Assembly (NCBI GenBank): GCA_907165135.1
Contig: OU015568.1
Location: 13,640,001 to 13,704,000, forward strand
Origin: Oikopleura dioica
Taxonomy: Eukaryota; Animalia; Chordata
Reading direction: 5' to 3'
Length of the DNA stretch: 64,000 bases
Shown: piece by piece, positions 35,548-49,877 of the stretch
Layout of the letters: every line of letters starts with the position of its first letter
Position numbering within the stretch: the first letter of the stretch is position 1
Translations under genes and position numbers: made by a program
The notes under the pieces: generated by a model
What the model was told of the DNA's origin: nothing
The model's database searches: none
What the model saw: only the letters and a program-made list of their open reading frames with translations

Positions 35548-38500
35548 CTAAAACACGAGAATCAGAAGTTTACTGCTTTATGCTCCTTTATGAGTTTTGT
35601 GGCTTGAGTTCTATTATGCTCTGGGAATTCTAAACTTTATTTGGCGAATGAATTCTGAATAAAAAACGAACCCATCAAATATACGAATTTCAAAAAATCA
35701 GTTGAAAAAAATGATACGGTAAATATTTGAAGAAGGAAAATCCGTGGAGCCCGGACACTTAGAAACGGGCAATAAATGTGTTAAAAGGGGCTTTTATAAG
35801 TCGACTTAGCAAATTTTAATAAGGCCAACATTAAGATCACTTGAATTCTGTCAGTCAACTATTAGAAGATATTTCATTAATTCTACCTTTTTCGATAAGT
35901 TCGGAGCCTTCGGTTTCCTCCTCTCGGTAATCATTCACGATATTTTTTGTTGTTTTAGTAGAAAAATAAATTTGCTCTGTTATTTACAAAATTTTAGATT
36001 TATAAAAAAATAGAATTGACGTGGGGCGACGGTGGAATACGCTGCACGCCCCGGGCGAGAGCCGAGTACACTACATTGTTTGATTATGAATAGCGAAATG
36101 GCTTTTCACGATTTAGGGGCTTTAGCGGCTGTTTTTGATGAGTTCCACTCACGAGCATGATAAAACAGAGTTCCTTCTCACAAAAATACCAAGTCCCGAC
36201 AATGGGGTATCTCCTGTAGCTATCACACGGGCAAATCTGGTGTATCAGAACGAGGGTACTAGCGCAAATATTTGGGATCGATGAAAAAACGAAAAAAGAC
36301 TGACACTATCAACTTTCTTTGTTCTGATTTTTGTTCAAAAGAATACTCGCTCAAGTAAGAAAGGACTTACCATTATTATCTCTCACAAATTTTCTGAAAA
36401 AACCCGAAAACTCAGAACTGAGGTCCGTTTTTCGCCAAAAAATCTGATTCTGCTGCACAATATTTTGCTTGATTGTTATCAAGCTGTTGAAATTGAAACC
36501 TAACGGACTCGCGCGAAACGAGCAATTTCGCCATGTTTAGATTCCCACGTGCCATGATCCTTTACGGAAGTAGATTCCGGATTAGGAGATTCTTCAGCAC
36601 TGTTGGTGAATAAAACAGCCGCACAAAAGAATGCTCGGATCAGAATAATACGCCAAAGCCGACAAAGTTCAAACATGACAAAACTTGGCAAAAAAATACT
36701 CGACTGTCTGACGTGGATACTTCCACTGCTGAAAAATTCTTGACGTAAAGTCCATAAAACGCAAATCATTTATCGCGACTGCTGGCAAACATTTAAATTC
36801 TCCTTAAAAATCAAGGAAGAGTACCTTTTCCTCCGACTTTTCCGCGACTTCCATTTTTCTAATTCTAACTCTCTCGATATTTGTTGTTTCCCCTCATTCC
36901 GATCTACAGATTCGCGTGTTTTATTTGTTCGCTAAAATTCGGTACTTGCAGAAATTAAAGCCCACGCTAAGCAAATTTATGGTCAAAATAAAATAATAAT
37001 TTTGTGAAATTTCTATTTCGGATGGAAACAACGCTTCATTTGCTTTCAATTGTCGAATGAAAAGGGCTATCAAGTTTGATTTTGTACTGGTGTTGTTCAT
37101 TTTGACGGTCAAGTAAATCTCTTTTGATATAAAATCGATATTTTTAAATGCTTAGAAACTCGATCAGAAGACTAACAAATCGAGTTACAAAATAAAAGCT
37201 CTTTGAAAACACATAATTTCCTAATTTTATTCGAAAGATAATAATTATCGAAAATTTGTCGAAATACCTGCATTATCTCTAGAACTTTCTGTTCTATTCT
37301 TCTTATGGTTGACTTTTCTTTCTTCAGGAAGACTCTCTTTTCAGTTTTGAAAGGGAAACATGCAGTAAAAGCGCAAAATGAGGATTATCAAAAGGCAGGC
37401 GAAATTAGGCTCTGTTTCGACCAATCATCCGGTTTTAAAATTTCCGCTGCTCGTTGAAGCGCGCTGCTCGACAAAGGACGAGCGCCGGATCTCCCTGAAG
37501 AGGTTTTCTCTCCCAAACAAGGCAAAAACGACACAATTCTAACAAAAAAAGCAAAACTTATCAAAATCACAAACGATGATCTGGAGCTGGCGCGTTCCCA
37601 CACCGCGCGCGGTGCATTTCTTCCTTTTCAATTGGAGACTTTCAAGCCGCAGAATTTTCATGCTCTCTTGATGATTCATCGGATGGAAATTTCAATTAAA
37701 TTTTCTAAAGAATAATCGAGGGAAAAGACTGAATATATGCATTTTAAAATTTCGAACTATCGCCTTAATTTCGAATAAAAATGGCGAGGAATCATGGATG
37801 AGTACACATTATTCTTAGCATACTTTGAACATCTTACGATTAAGCGTATAATGTTATGTATGTTAACAACAATTTTCTTTGTTTCTGAATAATAAGATCA
37901 GATAATTTCGGTCTACCATCCTGGTAGTACCACGATTGACGTAAATCAATAAGAAGTAAAAAGATACCGCTCGAAGTTTCATCTGGGATAGATGTCTTAT
38001 TATCAAAATATATATTTAGATACTTTGAAATTAGTTATGAATATGAAAATAATATTTAAGAAATACCAGCAGATTTTTATGTCTAATGTGGTAGAACTGA
38101 TAGCAAGGATGAGAAAGTATTTTTTCGAGAGAGCAATATTTATAATTAGATTAGAATTATAAAATATTATATTTTTGCGTTTATTTCATGTTAGCAAGAT
38201 TGGTTGATTTTGTCAGAAGAAATCAAAAAAATCATTGAAGGATGATTCTATTACGTAAAGTCACCGTCAGTGCGGCACTGGTGGTGTTAGTTGCCGCGCC
38301 ACATTGGCAACCGGAAGCTACTGCTTCGATGAGATTAGTACCGAAATCGAAATTCTATCGCTAATTCTGAAACAATAGACGAAATCCTTGTCATAGAAGC
38401 ATAGAATGCATCTCTACTACTCGTTTACTAATCAATAAACGATCCGTTTTAATATTTCTTGCATGATATCACTGATATCTTATTTTCGATTGTAAATATC

Positions 38501-41500
38501 TATGGAATAATCGAAGCATAACTTATTTTCATTGCGGGTGACAAATTGTGTCTTGCGAGTTTTATAGCTTCAAAATATTAAATCTAAAGAGCGTTAGAAG
38601 TTGTTAAGGCTTGTATAACATCGGATGTCAGTCGATTATCAAATCGATTCGGGCGTGTTTGTTTTACAAGTCGACCATATTGCGTGTTATTTTATAATTA
38701 CGCGTATTGCCAATTTAATATGCGTTGTCTTTGGAACGGTCCCACGAAGAAACCAGATTCGGCGGCGATCATTTCATCGCTCAACATATACCATTCTATC
38801 ACTGATAAGGCGAAAGACGTCTTAACAGATAAGAACAGCAGATGTGTGTGTATGTGATTGCCAATGCAAGTATCAAGTCGTCGGTTGTTTTAGTTGAGAA
38901 ATGCTCACGTTGGTCATCGCTTGACAAAATCTGCTAAGGCTAAAGACAAAGCAACTAACGCACCGTACAGCTGCATCCAGTGTCAGATTTATCACAAGCG
39001 CGAAATTTGCACGAATTCGCCAACAGACACGCTAAGATTTGTTTTCACTCTCTCGCCAATAATGCAACTCAAGAACATTGTTCTGCTCAGATAATTATTG
39101 TAGCCTGTTTTTGATGATAAAAAATCATCATTCTAATTCAAGAAAAAATAAATGGATGTTCTTCCTTTTTGCGGATAAGTACAGTTACTTATACAGTTGT
39201 TGTATACACCTGTGGACAGTCAAATTTCACTTTTTGACTCTAGTCAGATGTGGTCTCCCCTGCGAGTGGATTATTCACCTCAGCTAGGCTGTGCGATGGT
39301 TTTTAAAGCATTAACGCCACCACCAACGCCAGATCTTGGATACTTCACGCGGTCGCGCAACTAGTTTAACCATTAGAACTCGTTTGCTTACGTCCTGCTG
39401 AATCCAGAATCATACTCTCTAATAAATTGACCGTTTTCACAGAAGAATAACAAATCAGGTTTGTTTCTCTTTTTCAGCCAGCAAAACAAGCTGGCGCTGA
39501 CATTTATACCGATCGTCTTCGATCTTGATCTTGTTGTGTTAAAAAGTCGCCAAGAAGGTGCGCCAGCTCACATGAAATTCGATTCAACCCATTTGCACCT
39601 CCTTATGACGCTCCTTCAAATCTGTTTTCTGCCATTTCATTTTCAGCCCGTCACAATATTGCCAAGCGACAAAACGTGGGCTAACATGTGATGCATAAAA
39701 AACTATAAGTATGAGAAAGAAATTTGCATAAATTCGGAACCCAGTCGGTTAAGGCAGCTTCTACTGGCAGCGCTCCAGAATAGGATTCGCGCGCGGTTTT
39801 CGCGTTTTTGAATTTCGCGCCACGTTGAATAGCGTCGCATACCAAGGGATCGGCGTTTCTTTCATCTGCCCTATGTCATTACTGAAGTAGAAGGGGTTTT
39901 GAGGAAATTAAAAAGATTCTTTAGCGCAAAAATGCACGCTTGCGGTCCTCATTATCGCGTAGATTTGAAACCACAACACAAACTAGAATAAAAATTTGAT
40001 AACATTTCGGGAAATATTTGTTGTGCAAGAAAACCACCGGTGGAGGAGAAAAATCTCGGCGACAAAAAAAAGGGACCACGGGTGCTCAAATTAGCGAGCG
40101 GTTGTTCTAGGCTACTGATCGGGTTACGAATTACGCCACAATGAGGCCGAATCCAATATGAGGTGTTTCTAATGCTACGCTCTTGTCCGTACAACCACTT
40201 TAGGATTCGTTAAAGCCACGGATGACCGTAAGAAATCTCGCATTTTTCTAAAAAACGTTTTCAGCTAACTAGCTACATTTTGCTCCTTCGGCGTTTGCTG
40301 ACGACAATCGAAGATTCTTCTCTAATTTTAATAAAGATCATTTACATTTGTAAAGAAATATGTTTTTATATCCACCGAAGAAAATAATTGAGATAATTCT
40401 TCAATGTAACAAGATGTTGGAAGACCGTAAGAAATCTCACGATTTTCTAAAAGCGTTTTCATCTACGATCACAAATTGTCAATTTGTTCGATTGCTGAAG
40501 CAAAGATGTTTTACATTTGTAAAGCAATAAAGAAGAACAAGTAATTACGACAACAACCAAAACATAATATTCAGATAATTCTGCCATTTTTTTATAACCC
40601 TAGCTCGTCTCCTATCCACAATATATTCTAACATCGATTTCCTCTGCGCGTAGCTGTACAACGTTATGTACTCTGAAGTGGGTCTGATTATTGCAATTTA
40701 GAATGTTTCAATCTGGCGCAACAAGGGAAGGATTAGTTCGACTAGCGTCGAGCCTGCCAGCTACAGATGTTTCTGGTCGAGGACAGAATACGCCCTTGTT
40801 TAAATGTGAAATCATATTCACTAGGATATTGATCCGTTTTGCCTCTAGCACTTACAGTGCGTCAGCAGATTAGTACCTCTTGTTGCTTAGAATGTAAGAT
40901 ATATTTTCATTTTACTGAATCAACTTCATACTATGAAGCAATATCTCTCTCTCTTGAAGAGAATCACTTGTGTAATCATCGAGGAAATCTTGTAAATAGA
41001 ATTTCTACGCACTGGCTATTTGTAATCAAGCTGGCAACTTCCGCTGGTGATTTGCCCCTTTCAGACTGCTGGCGCGGCTACCGTCTTTGGCTAATAGTTT
41101 TTTTGAAAATCACTTCCTTCATAAGATTAAGGCGCTTATAAGAAGGCTTAAACTCTTGGTGCACAGCTCGAGGTGGTGAAGTTATTCAATTTTGAGCTAA
41201 ACTGGAGAGAATTAAGCCTCTCACTTGCACAAGGTGCTCATTAGCTCTCGACACGTTTACCCTTGAACAAATGCTCGTATGAGTGGCTACCTCCGGTTCC
41301 AGATCTTTACTCGCCGGTTTTGATACTGTTTCAAAAGAAGGCCAGTCGACGGTAATCAAATTAGTCCTTTGGAAAATACGTCGCGTGTCAATAATCGCTT
41401 CCATGCGTTGAATCTATCGAGCCCGGAAGTCGCCCCCTGGAGTGGCCCAGTTTACTTCGCAACTTTCAAACAACACCACACAACTTGGCTCAATATGCCT

Positions 41501-44500
41501 TTTACTTTATGATCAAAGGCGTCTATCTGGGATGCATTTGCACAGCCATCGCTCAACGAGTTTCCGACTTTCGCCGATAACTTCTCTCCCTTTTTGCTAA
41601 ACACTCTACTCTGGCCAAATTTGATCACCCGTATCTACTCTCAAGGATCAAAAACGCGGCATGTGTTACTTCAAAGCGAAGCACCACCAAATTGGATAAA
41701 TATAATTTTTCCAGGGACGAAGACAGATTGTGTATTTTCTATTATTCCAGCTTTTTCACACGTTCCACACTATTACGCATTTTGCAACGCGGCGAATCCG
41801 CGGTAATTGGCAATGTTTCGACGGCAGAATCAAGCCCGGATACTAATTACCGGTCAGAATATACACTTTTCATCTTTTCAACGATTTTTTATTCAAGATT
41901 TTTTTCGAAAACTAAAAAAAAAACTTGAAAAATTTGAGAAAAGTGAGTGGTTTGCAATTTTCTTCAAACTTTCTAAGAAACTTGCAAATTAAGCAATATT
42001 CTTAAACCCCGTGACAAGCTTTCCATCTCTTTAGAAATCAATCCGGGGCGAAAGCCGACTGAAGATGATTCCCGTCTGACCCGTGTATATCTCCCACATC
42101 ATCGACACGGAACGGTCGGTTGAAAAAATCGGCTAATATCCTTGATTGCGCCTCATCAGAATTCCACAAGCAAAATAAACTCGATTCTGCAGCATGAGCG
42201 GCAATGATCAAAGGCTCCAGGCCGCCAAGCAATTTACTGAGTTGTTATCGATACAAGCTTATTTCCGCTGAGAATTGTAAATGTTCTCAGATCAGTTAAA
42301 TTGTCGGTTTGGAGATTGTCAAGGTGAGAATTGCTCCAAACTATTGCAAAATTATCAAAAACTGAAAAACAGAAGCAGCCCCCTACAGTGCTCCTTGACG
42401 CCTGGCATCAGTTCTAATTGAATTACAGTCAACTCCAGATACTCTTGAGCCGCATTATCCATCAATTATCCCCGGGAGTTTGAAATTGAGTTACTGTCAC
42501 GTCATTTGATTGCAATCTCGTCAATTTGAAAACGAAGTATTGCAATTTCGCGAATTCAGTTTACTTCGAGCCCGGCTCATCCGGAAACTTTATTCTCAAC
42601 GACAATTACACCATTTCTAAAGCTGTGTATTACGTCAGGTGCGCCGTTAATAAATTTCAAACTGTTTCTTTACGTAAAGACCACGCCTAGCGCTACTCGC
42701 ACCAGGTGGAGGATTTAGCCCTCCACCTCCGTTGCAGATGCTTTTCAATCTTGCTCGGATCTGACACGCCGGTTAGAAGGTAGTTTGACATATTAATTAC
42801 GCGCTGTACTTAATTCCTCTTTATAATTTAATGAGATCTCGCCTCAGCTAAACCCTACTAAACCAAATCCAGGGCATGAAACGCGGCTTTGTGCAAATTT
42901 ACGATGATGACAGAAGTGATCCGCGTAAAAAATCCGTTCCAAGCTCGGCATGCGACAAGGTGATAGACAATGTCAGCTATAATTAGCATGAAGGGGTCAC
43001 GTGATCCCGCAAAACACACTTCAAGTGCACGATTGACCTGACAAGGGCGATGATGAGCCCCTGCTGGGAGGCGATTGGAGCTTCCGATAAGGCAGTGCGT
43101 GCTTTCTGTTAACTCCGATTGCCAATTGTTGAATAAAGAGCAAATAAAAACTCTCAGAGGGGACGTTTCCCTGTCAGCTAATGCTGCAGCCTGTCAGTGG
43201 AGTTGTTGACATCCTCACTGGAGGTGTCCCGAATGCATTTAGAAGGCACAGTTACAACACCACCCTCTTTCCCATGATTTTCTTTATTCAATTAGCATGA
43301 TCATCAGTAGAACGTGGGTGGACAGACGGCCGATGATAATAGAATCTCGTGAGGTAATCTTTAGATAGAAGGCGCGACCGAACTTCTCAACTTGAATTTC
43401 CGCGCTCTGTCACTGCCACGCACAGCACATCCGTTCTATCCCTAATTGAGCCAGACAGGGTGAGAAATCGGAACCGATTGTTTCCGTCCAAAATCCTAAT
43501 TGCCAAACGATGGAAATCGTGTTTTTGAATTTTCAATTTTCCTTCGCTGAACAGAATAACAAGCCATCTTTTAGGCAGCGTCTTGCATAAAATCAAATTT
43601 CCTTCTTTTGAACAAAATGCTTTCCGTTTCTTGGCTCGGATTTTATAGTCTTAGGGAACGTGATAAGATTATGCAAGTTCGAAGCTTTGTGTTCGATAAG
43701 CCCAAAATCTCAAAAATTCAAAATTACGCGGGGAGGGGATTAGGGTAACTTGCAGAGATGAAAACGGCGCATTTTTACCCTTGCAGCCTTCGATAAGGCA
43801 GCGCCGATGATCCGGCGCAGGTGCACACGAATCCAAATAATTTTGGGCAAGGATCTCTATAAACCCTGCCTTTTCGCCTGGCCACGATATCCGTATCTTG
43901 GACCGGAACTGGGTGAATCCAAGACAAAATAATATGATTTCTTGTTTGGCAGTACACAGCTTGGTGCTAATCGGAAATGCATTAGGAGTTGCCAAAACAG
44001 TGCAAAGGCAATAGAAATGAATCCGGAAAAGCGTGTGAATCCGCCTCGCCCTGCTCGGTAACGGTTGTATTTGGAAACACAAAAAAGCGCCAAATGAGCG
44101 GAAATGAAAAGTTCCTCCTAGTTGGGACGCATCTTTATAGGTACACAGCTTTTATTTTCAAAATACAGTGATGCTTTTTCTAATTGACGCCCGGGAAAAT
44201 CGCCGGTATAGAATATTGCTCTCAAACTTGAGCTTTGAGCTTGGCGAGGTTAGAAAGCTTTCTGACTTTGCGATTCTCTAATCACAGTCTTACCACGTGC
44301 AGCCGCTTACAAGCCCACCACTCGTTTCAATCTCTTCTAGAAAGAATATACAACAGAAGTGTCAAGAAAGCACCGTTGCGAAAATCATACCTTTCGTAAC
44401 TCCTCGATGCAAGATCCACCTGTGCAGCTACAAATTTCTACACAAGTCCGTTTTGGTCGGGAGCCCAAAAAAGACCTTTTTTGTAAAAAAATCTATTAAA

Positions 44501-47500
44501 AAATAGACAGTCATAGTTTAATTTCTAAATTGCTGCGTCTAAAATTTGAACATTTCCGCTTTAGTTCGTGACAAGTTAAACAAAAAAATAGTCTATTTTT
44601 ATTTTAATAATGGCAATAAGCTACTATTTGAACAAGGCATACGGTTACTTCGTCTTCTAAAAAGAGGACAAACAGTTGTTTATCGCGCGGAACCAGATCT
44701 GTATGCTGGTCCAGGGCGCTAAAAAAGCATTTCCGGGCTTTTTGGCTCGACTGGCCCCTAAATATCGCAAGTGATATTTTTACGCTAAGTCCGGTTTTCG
44801 CGGATCGCCAGGGATTAACCGTTCACTTGAAATATATTTGGAGCGGCTCCGGAACCGATTTCCGGACAGTGGTTACCCTTCCCGGACAAGGCACCGCTGC
44901 TTGCTCATGTTAGAACGTGGTCCGTCTTGATTTTTTTCCTGTACTTATCGCGGCGATCTTTTTTCTTCACATCCGGATCCTGGACGAAACATTTTCGAGT
45001 TTGTCGGACCTTTTCTACAGTTATAATTTATAACATATAAACCCGTTCTAGTATGATCTGACGAGGGCTTTTTCCCCAGAACATTCCTTTTTTCCACACA
45101 ATTGTTCACGCAACTGGCGGTTTTCTCCTGGAAAATCTGACTTCCGAACACTTGCGCTCAGCTTGACTTTCGTAAATAAAACAGCATGATGTGATCCTCA
45201 TAATTCCTTCCTAGCATGCTAAGTCGTTTTAGCACGGACTATCTATCTTTGCCGGGATAAAAATTTTCCATCTGAATCTCGTGCTTCGTCCTAATCCATC
45301 CAATTTTATGTTAGGGTTTCGCTTCCGCTTTCTAACCACGGAAATTCGCGCAAAATCCAAATTTACGCGCTGCAATTCTACAATTCTAATCGAGTCTCCC
45401 TTCTCGTGGGATCTCCAGGGGCCTTGTTGAAGGCGAAAGACTTGTCGAGATTTAAGCATGAACCCGCAGGTATTGTTTAGAGGCCGAATTGCGGCACTTG
45501 TCTCGATCTCGGGGAGAGAAAATTTCAATGTTCGACATGGGCTGGGTGATGCCGAAACATTTGTTCGACATTGAGACATTTGGATCTTGGGCCAACGGCG
45601 ATTAGGTCACAAAGATTTTTAAGAGCTCATTAGCAGGGGCCTTAACAGAACGAGTTGAAGCAATTTTACCAGTAAAAATCATGTTCTACGAGAGCGTTTT
45701 CAATTTGAGTTTGAAGCGATTGTTAGATTAATATTTGGAAATATATGAATTTCGATATTATCGGATACAATTTTTAATCATTTTATGAATTGACGCATAT
45801 TCAAAAGAAAGTCCATGTTGAATAGATATCTCCCAAGCAATTATCCTTGTCTACTTTTTGTAAAATTCATTTATGTTGAAATTTACTTACGATAATCAAG
45901 CGATATTCTCCTTCATTTTCAATCGGCAATTGAGAATCGCCCTCCATCTAGAATTATTCGCCAGTCGCCGGATCAAAGGACTGTAGGTGCGAAGAAAAAC
46001 CGTCACCCTGGATAAGAATTGAAACGGGCGACATTTTGACGATGACAGAGCACTAGAAGAATCAAACTGTGCCCAGATGTATGTGAAATCGGAAAAATTG
46101 GCCGAAAATTTAAATTGCAATTAGGCGGGCGGCGCGAGCCACAGATGGAAATTGTTTCAAGTTGCTCCATTTTGAATTTTCCGGCGGCTAATTGCCGAGC
46201 TCTACTGGTATTTCGAGTCACTCTTTTTGTACTTTTTAGTTTTAATTATTTAACGGCTAAATCCGGTTCCGACATTTTGACCTCTAATTCGACCTTTTTT
46301 CGTGGTGGTGACATTGGTGCGGCGATTTAGCGAGGCTTTACACTCGTAATTGGCTTTTTTATGGCCAAGTACTAAATGGACAGTCCTTTGAGCAAAGCGA
46401 AAATGCATAAAAATGTCAAGCTGCTTCCTAGTTTACTCATTTAGATCCCCACGAAACTTTAGACAGCAATTTATGTCGAGCTATTGAACGCATTCCAAAA
46501 GAGGGTAAGAGTGGCTTCCCGTTTCTCGCGAAAGTCTCGAAGGAAAACTGTGTACAAGGTGCTTCTAACGAGAAAGTGGAATCTGATCAAGATAGGCGAC
46601 TGCATCCGATTACGAATTTCCAGTTGCCATAATTTCACAGGTGCTTGAGGAGCATCCTCCTGCTTCTTCCCACTTGCCAATTGGGAGTTCGCGGACAGAT
46701 AAAATCAACACCACACTAGTTTGGCCAGCATCGAGCAATCTACCGTTCTAGTGCAACAAATCGTTCACCTGCTTTATCACTGTTATTGTAAATAAATATA
46801 AAAAGAAAGTCTTTCTTGTGATGTAATTTCTAAAAGAGCTGGAAACTCTGTTCGCGCTTGTGCAAAGCGGGGCGAATGGGATTGTTTCGGTTTCAGTCTT
46901 TTCGCCCCTATCGAGGTGGCGAACACTACCGAAGTCTACTAATTGAATTATGTGAGAGGAATTTTAATTTTCTACTCCTGATTTTTATCCTCACACGTTC
47001 GACCACGAGCTGCGACCACAACAAGGAAGTCAATAGTTGTGGGAACACCCGATTGCGTAATAAAAACCAACGAAATTCAACTTGTAAAGCGTTTAGCTGC
47101 TGATTGAATTGCTTCACTCTGGAAGGGAAAATGATTACTTTTTACGATCGCTACATGTGATTGAGCTCGTGTGAATAGTGCTATTATTATGTTAATGATT
47201 TCAGGATAAGCTAAAAGTTAATTCAACAATGATTCCTCGAGAAGAATACAAATTGTCATAAAACAGGAAGAATCTTGCGAATGAAAAATTGGCACTAGAA
47301 CTTGGTTTTGCAGATTGAAGCTTAGGCGTCTAGCCAGGGCAATTTGGCATAAATCCGGGCATAATCTTGACCGTGTGTTTTATCCAAATGCCATCTTTTG
47401 CATTTTTTTTCCAAAACTATCAAATTTGTGAATTTTCCGGCTCATGCGCTAATCCGCCCTGCGATGGTCCTGTTTTGTACCACTGGTAACTACTGGTGCA

Positions 47501-48885
47501 ACTCTCGAAAGTGCTCTCAAATCGTCGATAAAGATCCAAACAAATATTCCTCGTTGTGTGGAAAGAACCGGAAGAAAAGGGAGCTCCGGATGATTTGCTA
47601 TTTGACCGGCCAAACAAATATTATTCGTATCTGCTGAAAGTGGTGATGAATTGCCCACAATCGGAAATGGTAACCGATCTCCATCACAACTTCCTTTCAC
47701 AATATTGACAACGAAAGTGGAGCAACCGTCGGTCTCATGCTGCGCGTAACTTTCGAATCTATTTTTAATAAGTGACTGCCAATAAAGTTTTTAAATTATC
47801 GTCTTGTTTTTAACAAGAAGCTTTTATCTCAAATATAAAACTCATATTTGATTATATTACGCTTGTCTAAAGTATGAGAGAAGAAATCCTTCGATACAAT
47901 ATTCTCGAGTGTTTCTTTGATATCAAGATTTTACGAAGGAATAAAACAATGATCAGTTTGAACATATTCAACAGATACATTTTGAAGTTTTCAAAACTAT
48001 CAGCAAATTTTATGGTAGAGCGATTTCAATTTTCAAAACTTAGCTGATACCAGTAGAGATCTGCGTCAATGTGTTCCATCTATGTGAATACACTGAATTA
48101 AGTCTAAAAATACCCTTTCTTCTCCGAATATAAAGCTAGACTTTCCAACTGCAGCAGTTATCAGTGTGAGACCAACCGTCATTTTCTCGTCCTTAAGAAT
48201 TCATTCGAATTTGCTCAGTTAATCAGTTAATAACTTTTAATATCTTTCTACACTATCATGATGCGTTTTAACCGACCTTTTCTCGTTCCCATTGCATCTG
48301 ACGCAACTAATCTGTGGCCATGGTATGTGAAAACTATGATTTTGATAGTATATTACTAGATTTATTGTCTATCGCTAACCGAAGCTATTTTATCGTTTAG
48401 TTTTTCCGAGTTTGAACTATTTTTAAAGTTAGTCAAAATTTGACTGTTTTTCATACAATTTTTTATGATTTTTTAGTTTCCAATAGAATTAATCCGAATT
48501 ATCTTGAACTCGAACAAACCCATTTTATCCATGCTTCTTCAACATGGCAATGTCAACTTTGGGCAAGTATGAAATGAGAAGTGATTCTGTTGAACTTGAT
48601 AGGAATTTAACGATATTACTGTCTAATTAGCATGCAATTATCGCCGCATTTTGAAAATTTCAGCCCCCACGCCAGGCCAGATTTTAGCACTCTGACGCCA
48701 CCGAACGCGCGTGGCGCACCGCACTGCTGCGCCCTCGCGCTCTCCCGACTGGACTGAGCGAGAAAACGCATCGAACATTACTAAATCAGTCATTAGACAA
48801 GCTAAAACCACAGAAAACGTTATTCTCACAAAACTCAACACTCCAGAGATCCCTTTCAATTGACCCAAGTCCCAAAAAAGAGATC

Positions 48886-49877
48886 ATGAATCCTCAAAGC
48901 CTCGGCCTTGCATCGTCTTTGCTCGGCGGTCTCGACCAGCGATTGCTCCAGCAACAGCAGCAGCTTCTTCAAAATCCGTTTCGTCTTGGAACCCAGGCGC
49001 TTGACCCTGCTCTCATCGCCCGAGCTCAATTGGTAAGTCATTCATTGTTGATCAAAACAGGTTCTTTACTCGTTTATCTTCAGACATCGCAACTTCCACG
49101 ACTCCCACAGCTTCCGCAAATGATTGATCCGATGCTCGCCGCTCAGTACGGCTACTCTCAGCTTCTTCACGGAGCTGGTGCCCGCAAAAACGCCACACGA
49201 GAATCTACTGCTCCGCTTAAAAACTGGCTCAAGGAGCACCAGAAGAACCCGTATCCTACAAAAGGAGAAAAAGTTTACCTCGCGCTCATTTCCGGTACGT
49301 ATCGTAACATTTTGTAAAAAAAATATATGAGTGACTTACCTTTATGACGCGACTTTAATATTCATTTTTAGGAATGACCCTCACACAGGTTTCAACCTGG
49401 TTTGCTAATGCGCGCAGACGACTCAAGAAGGAGAATAAATGGTCTCCAACATCCGGCTTCGAAGATGATGATTCTTCTTCTTCCCCAAATAAGAGTTCTT
49501 CAGTGCTCGGTAAGTCGTCGTCACATACCGTGTGCGATGATAAATTCAAAAGTTTTATAATCCTAGATACATTCTTGCGCTTTGAGGTTTGACTAACTTT
49601 CCATTCAGACGAGGAAACCAATGCAGTAAAACGCGTGTCCGAAGATCATATCGAATCCGGATACAGTTCTCACCAGTCGGACCACAGTTCGGAAACATCA
49701 CCAGATAGAGCCGACTCACCAACAGTCTCCGAGCCCGCGCCCATCCGAGTATCCGCCATTAGCGCGAGCATTCCCGTTTCTCCCCCAAGCTCGACTCTCC
49801 CCAGGCCGAAAATCTGGTCCCTCGCAGAGATGACGACCTCGTCAGATGACGAGGAAGAAGAGTTGAATGTCAACTGA
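48886..49877 (+). CDS. IRX: Iroquois-class TALE homeobox protein (4 exons)
   Basis: Homeodomain [37 protein letters not shown]|[23 protein letters not shown] and IRO box [12 protein letters not shown]. Confidence 0.97.

Noticed and set aside
36500-48800. Numerous 60-137 aa ORFs in the intergenic region
   Set aside because: No homology, coding-like composition or coherent splice structure. Consistent with chance ORFs.
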